Shown here piece after piece: positions 58,194 to 64,000 of a stretch of DNA of 64,000 nucleotides. The notes under the pieces were generated by a model that made no database searches, had not been told where the DNA came from, and saw nothing but the letters and a program-made list of their open reading frames with translations. A program made the translations under genes and the position numbers. The number at the start of each line of letters is the position of its first letter. The stretch's first letter is position 1. The DNA is from a virus. Taxonomy: Duplodnaviria > Caudoviricetes. The DNA is taken from IMG/VR virus record IMGVR_UViG_3300031867_000013, positions 53,887 through 117,886 of that record; one strand, given 5' to 3'.

Positions 58194-58772
58194 CTATTCA
58201 CTATATACTTTTATTGTTTTATATTGTACTCCAAAATCAAAACACGCATCAATAGAATCCATATAAATATCTACTACGCCACTTTCGCCAACCCTATCGC
58301 AGACAGTATATATTACACCATCTATTTCTACTTTAGTTCCTAATGGTACATCATTATAAGCTACAGCCCCAACTCTAACCCTAGACCCATCTGCCATTGT
58401 ATCTGACGGACAAAAATTATCATTTTCATTATAAGCAGTACATTTAACATCTACATAATAAAAACTTTCACCTAAATGTTTCTCAATTTCTTTATGTTCT
58501 GCTTCTGCATATTTAATTTCTTCTACTTCTACTACAGCCAATTCTTTTGACTGTAGCTTTTCAATAATTTCTTCTAGTTCTTTATTTGCACCTTTAATTG
58601 CAATATTTAACTCATTTATAATTCTATCTTGTTCTTGTAGCTTTTGTGTAGCTTCTGTATTTATATTATGTGATACATTAAGATTGTATGCTAATATTAC
58701 ATTTACCCCTAATAATATTGCTGTTAAAATTTTATAAATCAATATAATCAACCCTTTCTTATTTTTATCCAT
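58194..58772 (-). CDS. membrane-anchored 3D-domain (lytic transglycosylase-like) protein
   Basis: TM helix plus coiled coil plus CTAY...MADG...VA...PLGT.V.I...DR...VDIY. Confidence 0.8.
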   Translation of the reverse strand: MDKNKKGLIILIYKILTAILLGVNVILAYNLNVSHNINTEATQKLQEQDRIINELNIAIKGANKELEEIIEKLQSKELAVVEVEEIKYAEAEHKEIEKHLGESFYYVDVKCTAYNENDNFCPSDTMADGSRVRVGAVAYNDVPLGTKVEIDGVIYTVCDRVGESGVVDIYMDSIDACFDFGVQYKTIKVYSE

Positions 58773-60450
58773 CTAATAACCACTCTAATACTTTTTTATC
58801 TTTTAAGTTATATTGCTTATCTACAATAGCTTCTGAAATATGTTTCTTTTTCATCATAATTTTATGTACTCTTTCATCTATTGTATCTTTTGCAATAAGT
58901 GATATAATTGTTACTTTATTTTTCTGTCCAATACGATATATTCTATCTGCCGCCTGTTCATAAGCCGCATTAGTATATGGTTCGTCTACAAATATAGCAA
59001 ATGTAGCAGAGGTTAATGTTAATCCTGTTCCTGCCGCCGAAATAGTTGCAATAAGAATTTTACAATCATCATTTTCCATAAATTTATCTTGCTGTGATTT
59101 TCTATCCTTTATTGCTCCTGTAATAACAGCAGGATTGTATTCTTTATATCGTGCTACAAGCCTATCTGCTACTGTAGTCCAATTACTAAATACAATAGCT
59201 TTCTGACCTCTTGAAGTAATTTCCTGCAACAAATAATCAAGTCTTTCAAACTTTGCAGATTCATTAACAGAAGAACTCAAAATAGATGTATCTGCTGTCG
59301 CTTGCCTTAACCTTGTAAGCTGACTTAATGGATTAGGACTTAACATAATATTATCTATATCTTCCATGATTGTTTTTAGTACATCATTATATAGCTTTCT
59401 TTGTTTTGTTCCTAATTCTACATAATCAACTTGATATACCTTATCTGGCAAGTCTAATGTTTCTTCTTTTGTTCTTCTAAGACTTACCATATTTAATTTT
59501 TTCTGTAGTTCATCTAAATGCTTATATCCAACAATATTATATCCCCCAAAACCACCATAAATACAATATCTATACTTAAAATTAGTGTAATTTGCTTTCT
59601 CACCGTCTACTACTTTAAGCGGAACATAAGCATCTAATGGACTATTTGACAATAATGTACCTGTTAATCCATATACATATTTTGCATATTTACTAACATT
59701 AATAAATCCCTTTGATTGCTGTGCTTGCGGAGTTTTAACATGGTCTATCTCGTCGCACACAATCATTTCAATAGTTCCATTTTGCACAAGTTTCTTTAAT
59801 TCCTCTGTAATAGTTTTATCTCTTAATGTTTCTATATTTGTAATAATAAAAAACTCATTAAGATTTTTAAGGTCATCTAATTTATCTTTATTTGATTTTA
59901 CTTCCCATTTACCTTTTTTATTCTGCCGATTCCCAAGTACCATAGAATCCATGCCTGTATGAATTTTAATTTCATCTTGCCAATTATATTTAATTGAATT
60001 TACACCGCACACAATCAAACAATGCTTAATTTTATTAAGTTCTTTTCTCTTTAGTGCTACAGTAATTGCACAAGCCGTCTTGCCCAGCCCCATCTCCCAC
60101 AAAAGAAGGAACTTATCAAAATTCATCATTTCATTAAATCCTTCTTCTTGAAAAGGATATAATTGTGTCTTTAATCCTTTAGGTAAATCAAAATGTTTCT
60201 CTATAATCTTCTCCCCATATTTCTTATTATCAATAGGAGTTCCAATAACATTAAATTCTTCATTTGGTAGTGCTTCTTTTAATACAGGTAGACTATCATA
60301 AGATAAATGCCATTCTTTATTCTTTGCGTCCCAAAATCTATCGGGAATTGTTCTGATTACATTTACTATTTCTTGTTTGTATCTAAATGTTACTACTATT
60401 TCTTGTGGACAAGCTAATTTCTTTGGTTCTATATATTTTACATTAATCAT
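58765..60450 (-). CDS. SNF2-family helicase
   Basis: LYPFQ, EMGLGKT, CDE.D, LTGT, GTGLTLT, QAADRIYRIGQ. Confidence 0.88.
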   Translation of the reverse strand: MINVKYIEPKKLACPQEIVVTFRYKQEIVNVIRTIPDRFWDAKNKEWHLSYDSLPVLKEALPNEEFNVIGTPIDNKKYGEKIIEKHFDLPKGLKTQLYPFQEEGFNEMMNFDKFLLLWEMGLGKTACAITVALKRKELNKIKHCLIVCGVNSIKYNWQDEIKIHTGMDSMVLGNRQNKKGKWEVKSNKDKLDDLKNLNEFFIITNIETLRDKTITEELKKLVQNGTIEMIVCDEIDHVKTPQAQQSKGFINVSKYAKYVYGLTGTLLSNSPLDAYVPLKVVDGEKANYTNFKYRYCIYGGFGGYNIVGYKHLDELQKKLNMVSLRRTKEETLDLPDKVYQVDYVELGTKQRKLYNDVLKTIMEDIDNIMLSPNPLSQLTRLRQATADTSILSSSVNESAKFERLDYLLQEITSRGQKAIVFSNWTTVADRLVARYKEYNPAVITGAIKDRKSQQDKFMENDDCKILIATISAAGTGLTLTSATFAIFVDEPYTNAAYEQAADRIYRIGQKNKVTIISLIAKDTIDERVHKIMMKKKHISEAIVDKQYNLKDKKVLEWLLDG

Positions 60451-60809
60451 AAATATTTCTCCAATTCTTTCTTTGCTTCTTTTATATCTTTATATAATTC
60501 TTCTATTTGCCAATTAACTTCTTTTATATCATCAGCTTTTTGCATTATATTATTTATTGTATCATTTTTTGACATTATGTATTTTAATAATACACATTTA
60601 GCAGAAAAAGCATATTGACATAAATTACCACATAAATCTTCTTCATACACAATTAATATTTCTCTTAATTTTGTTTTGGTCTTAGAAGAAGGAACAATAG
60701 CATATTCATATTTTCCATCTATATAAACTCGTTTACATATATCCCATTTTTCTACTCTAATCTTTTCTTCATATTTATAGCATACATAAATATAATCATT
60801 TGTTTCCAT
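60447..60809 (-). CDS. hypothetical protein
   Basis: GAGG RBS; 4-bp overlap with the helicase gene. Confidence 0.5.
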   Translation of the reverse strand: METNDYIYVCYKYEEKIRVEKWDICKRVYIDGKYEYAIVPSSKTKTKLREILIVYEEDLCGNLCQYAFSAKCVLLKYIMSKNDTINNIMQKADDIKEVNWQIEELYKDIKEAKKELEKYL

Positions 60810-61152
60810 ATTTCAATATCCTCTCTTTATTGTCCAAGAATTTACACTGATTTTACTTCCGTATTTTGCAATATATAATGACGCTTCTTTCTTTGTTGTT
60901 CCTTTGAATCTTGGAATAGAATCTACTCTATGAATTAAATCAATATACTCTTTTTGCTTTGCTGTAATTTCTTCATTCTTCATTTTTATTCCTCCTGTTT
61001 TGACTTCCGTATAATTCTTCTACGGCGTTTTTAGAGATACCCCTATAGGTTTATATACTCCTATTTATTTTTATTTGCCGCCATTTTACCATAAAAAATT
61101 TTATGTGTCAATACCCGAAACGAAAAAAGAGGGGAAAATAATTTCCTCTCTT

Positions 61153-61542
61153 TTAAATCTTATCTAATTTTAATGATACACAATATGTTACAAATTCATT
61201 ATCTATATGTACTGTCATATCTTCTTCCTTAAATCCATCACCGTATGCCTTTATATATATTTTATCATCATGTGCTAATTGGTCTTTATATTCAACTATA
61301 CCATCATCTGGTGCTATACGTTTTAATATATCACCGTCATTCTTACATATTTCTACATATACTTTTGGATTAGTTGATATTATAACTGCTGATGACTTTC
61401 CTGCTTTTGCAGATATAAGATTTCCTAATTTAGCGAATATCTTTGAAATGTATTCATCACTATGCTTGTTCAAAAAATTTAATAGTATAGGTACTAATGC
61501 AGATGCTATACTTACTAACCAATTTATAGCTACTACAGGCAT
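61153..61542 (-). CDS. lysis-cassette protein with hydrophobic N-terminus
   Basis: AAAGGAG RBS; terminator AAGAGGGGAAA/TTTCCTCTCTT downstream. Confidence 0.55.
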   Translation of the reverse strand: MPVVAINWLVSIASALVPILLNFLNKHSDEYISKIFAKLGNLISAKAGKSSAVIISTNPKVYVEICKNDGDILKRIAPDDGIVEYKDQLAHDDKIYIKAYGDGFKEEDMTVHIDNEFVTYCVSLKLDKI

Positions 61543-61558
61543 AATATCACTCCTTTCT

Positions 61559-61996
61559 TTATTTTACTAGGAGTGCTATTAGTAGTCCACTTGCTATTCC
61601 TCCTAGTATATTTCTTTGTGCTTTAAGGTCACTTTTTTGTTGCTCTAATTTCTTCAAGGATTTGCTTAGATTCTCTAATTCTTTGTTCGCTTTCTCTAAT
61701 GAAGTCAATGCTGTCTCTACTTGTTTCTCTGATGTCATTAGCTGATTCTTCAATTCTGCTAACTGTTCCTTCTGCTTCTTCGATTCTATCAATACTTGCA
61801 TTGATTCCATCTCTGACTGATTCAAGTTCTCTATTAGCGTCTGATTGATTTTCTCTAATTCTGTCAAGTTGTTCATTAGCTGTTGATATTGTGTTTCCGT
61901 TATCGTGTATGTCTGTTCTTCCGAACAATAACCAATATGCACCGAAACCAATAACAAAGCAAATAATATATATGATAATAGTTTTCTTATTGACAT
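61559..61996 (-). CDS. spanin-like protein (signal peptide with Cys, coiled coil, C-terminal TM)
   Basis: LLVSVHIGY-C; AAGGTGAG RBS; overlaps 61629-62036 in another frame. Confidence 0.6.
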   Translation of the reverse strand: MSIRKLLSYILFALLLVSVHIGYCSEEQTYTITETQYQQLMNNLTELEKINQTLIENLNQSEMESMQVLIESKKQKEQLAELKNQLMTSEKQVETALTSLEKANKELENLSKSLKKLEQQKSDLKAQRNILGGIASGLLIALLVK

Positions 61997-62036
61997 ATTC
62001 GCTCACCTTATCCTTTATGTTGTCTATTTGTTCCAT
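61629..62036 (-). CDS. i-spanin (Rz)-like protein
   Basis: N-terminal TM helix plus coiled coil directly after the endolysin. Confidence 0.65.
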   Translation of the reverse strand: MEQIDNIKDKVSEYVNKKTIIIYIICFVIGFGAYWLLFGRTDIHDNGNTISTANEQLDRIRENQSDANRELESVRDGINASIDRIEEAEGTVSRIEESANDIRETSRDSIDFIRESEQRIRESKQILEEIRATKK

Positions 62037-62770
62037 TATTCATCATCCCCATAATATACATCTGCATCATAAGGAAATTCATCACTATAATGACTTGTCC
62101 ATTGCCACATAACTATATTTTTATCAGGATATTCATCTGATAAATCATCTACACTATTGTATTCGGCTGTCCATATAGGAACATAATCAGGAATATCTTG
62201 TATAGGAAGTATATTTGCTCCTTCTTCACTAAACCAATTCCATGACGAATAAATACCAACATACGTATAACCTAATTCTGTCATTTTATTTACAAATGCC
62301 ATAGATATAGAAGCTACATTATTTCCTTCTGATTGCATATCATCATCTTCTGCGTCATACCATATTCCTAATTCGGGTGTTTTACCATTTAAATATGTCT
62401 TTAACCATTCATCTACTGTGTGTGCTTCATATTCTGCTTCTGTTTCATTGGAACTATGGGCGTAGAGGTACACACCATATTTGAATCCATAGGCTACTGC
62501 ATTATTTACGTGTTCTACGAACATTTCATCTAATTCATCATATTCGCCTATTTTAATTATAACTCCTTCTATACCTTCTTCTTGTAGTCCATTCCAATCT
62601 ATTTCTTCTTGCCATGCTGATATATCTATAACTTTCATATTATGTTTCACTCCTTGTTCTTTATTTGGTCTATTGCTTGGCTTATCAATATTATTTTCTC
62701 TATACTGCTGTAATTCTTTAAGCCAACCAACTATATTTTCCATATTATCTATTGTTTCTTGTAAATTCAT
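62036..62770 (-). CDS. GH25 muramidase endolysin
   Basis: IDISAWQ..IDW, GVYLY, WYDAE, GIYS, WTAEY, MWQWTS. Confidence 0.88.
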   Translation of the reverse strand: MNLQETIDNMENIVGWLKELQQYRENNIDKPSNRPNKEQGVKHNMKVIDISAWQEEIDWNGLQEEGIEGVIIKIGEYDELDEMFVEHVNNAVAYGFKYGVYLYAHSSNETEAEYEAHTVDEWLKTYLNGKTPELGIWYDAEDDDMQSEGNNVASISMAFVNKMTELGYTYVGIYSSWNWFSEEGANILPIQDIPDYVPIWTAEYNSVDDLSDEYPDKNIVMWQWTSHYSDEFPYDADVYYGDDE

Positions 62771-62790
62771 ATTTTAGCATTTCCTTTTTA

Positions 62791-63060
62791 TTACTGACTA
62801 TGGTATCTTTCTACAACCTTTTCTAACTTATCTATTCTTGCTTCTAAATTCTTTACTTCTGTATGTAATACACCCATATCTTGTACCACTTGCATCTGTT
62901 GTTCTGTCATATTATCCAATAGCATTGTTAATCTATCTACTACTTTTGATAAGTTTTGTACCGAACTATCCAAACTTACCCATGTTTTTACATATGTTAC
63001 TAATACTATTCCTAATGATATGAATACAGATACAAATGAGCTTATGACACCAATTTCCAT
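62791..63060 (-). CDS. putative holin
   Basis: single N-terminal TM plus coiled coil, immediately upstream of the endolysin. Confidence 0.55.
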   Translation of the reverse strand: MEIGVISSFVSVFISLGIVLVTYVKTWVSLDSSVQNLSKVVDRLTMLLDNMTEQQMQVVQDMGVLHTEVKNLEARIDKLEKVVERYHSQ

Positions 63061-63183
63061 TTCTTAGCTCACTTCCTTTGCAATATGATATATATAAAAA
63101 TAAGACTAACTTTCATGCTAGTCTTATTATATCATACTACTATAGATATTGTCAAGTTTTTGAGTATTTACATATATATTATA

Positions 63184-63372
63184 TTAATCTGTTGTTTTTG
63201 TATATTGTATTGTTATATACAAAGGTTTTGAACTATACCCATGTTGCTTAACCATAATATTATGTGAAGTATTATTATAATATACTTGAAAATAATCAGA
63301 CACACCCCAATAAAATCCTGTTGGAAATACATTGTCAGATGTATCTAATGCATATCCATTTATATTATGCAC
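63184..63372 (-). CDS. tail-fibre C-terminal-like fragment
   Basis: ends YITIQYTKTTD, which I recognise as a fibre-type C-terminus; weak start. Confidence 0.35.
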   Translation of the reverse strand: MHNINGYALDTSDNVFPTGFYWGVSDYFQVYYNNTSHNIMVKQHGYSSKPLYITIQYTKTTD

Positions 63373-63373
63373 C

Positions 63374-64000
63374 TTAATATATACACCTATCGTATATTTT
63401 TAATTCATCTATATACATAGCACCATAAAATACAGTATCAGCATTGCCCCATTTATTAATATTTGTGACAACTGAAGAATTAGCATCATAATATATTCCA
63501 GATATAGATATAGAACCTTTATTTATTTCATCAAAATACACAATTATATTAGTTCCGTTCCAACATACAGCTATATGATGCCAATTACCGTCTGTAAGCA
63601 CGTTATTTCCTACTTCTATAGATTCTCTTACAGAATTGATATTTGAATCACGAAATTCAAGCATTAAATGACTACTATCTAAGATAGTTATACTGAATGA
63701 TACATAACTACTTGGATAATAATGACATAATATAGGCTTTTCTGCACTTAATGTATCAGAAGCCTTATACCACAATTCTACTGTCCATTCGCTTAATGCA
63801 CCAAGTTTAAAATTACTCTTATTGTCCACTATATGATTAGAACCAACTTCTATACACTGTCCGTTTTTGCCCTGTGCGTAAGTTGCAGTACTATTAGAAA
63901 AATCTAAACCACCTTTTATAGATGATGTTAATATATTGTCAAATGTATTATACGATATTGGAATTAAGTCCCCCCCCATCTGTTGTTTTCGTATATTTAA
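63374..64000 (-). CDS. LamG/concanavalin-A-like domain tail protein (may extend beyond the window)
   Basis: WTVELW...DGNWHHIAVCW...YFD...IDELKIYD. Confidence 0.75.
   Translation of the reverse strand, partial: LNIRKQQMGGDLIPISYNTFDNILTSSIKGGLDFSNSTATYAQGKNGQCIEVGSNHIVDNKSNFKLGALSEWTVELWYKASDTLSAEKPILCHYYPSSYVSFSITILDSSHLMLEFRDSNINSVRESIEVGNNVLTDGNWHHIAVCWNGTNIIVYFDEINKGSISISGIYYDANSSVVTNINKWGNADTVFYGAMYIDELKIYDRCIY

Noticed and set aside
12017-62112. Numerous + strand ORFs antisense to the - strand genes
   Set aside because: Shadow frames of well-supported - strand genes; no RBS or promoters.
1-64000. tRNA genes, integrase/repressor module, reverse transcriptase or DGR
   Set aside because: None recognised by eye; tRNAscan-SE and HMM searches would be needed to exclude them.

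Overview
This window is part of a large, AT-rich dsDNA tailed phage genome (roughly 27-30% GC by eye). The host is a Firmicute, probably a diderm Negativicute, based on sigmaA-type promoters, AAGGAG RBSs, CodY boxes and an overlapping spanin-like gene pair. Layout: (1) 1-4.2 kb, + strand small genes including PhoH and an MmcB-like nuclease, ending at a terminator. (2) About 4.3-11.4 kb, a largely non-coding AT-rich region holding only a few short genes and a DUF932 gene. (3) About 11.4-19.7 kb, a - strand array of small early/host-takeover genes, many with their own consensus TTGACA-17-TATAAT promoter. (4) About 19.7-60.8 kb, - strand replication, recombination and nucleotide genes: clamp loader, beta clamp, family A polymerase, primase, DnaB/DnaC, SSB, RecA, RecU, Cas4-like nuclease, PNKP-ligase, an intein-containing RNA ligase, ThyX, dUTPase, NrdJ and an SNF2 helicase. 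(5) About 61-64 kb, the lysis cassette and the end of tail genes. The most striking feature is the non-coding region, which is tiled with arrays matching operators of host global regulators: about 30 CodY boxes (two perfect), 8 tandem Fur-type boxes, a tandem ArgR box pair, SmtB/CzrA-type boxes and a NarL/LuxR-like palindrome. I infer a phage multi-regulator operator array acting as a decoy/sponge, a sensor or an entry ratchet. A candidate CsrA-sponge-like small RNA lies at about 56.8 kb. Protein family calls come from motif recognition only; no database searches were run.
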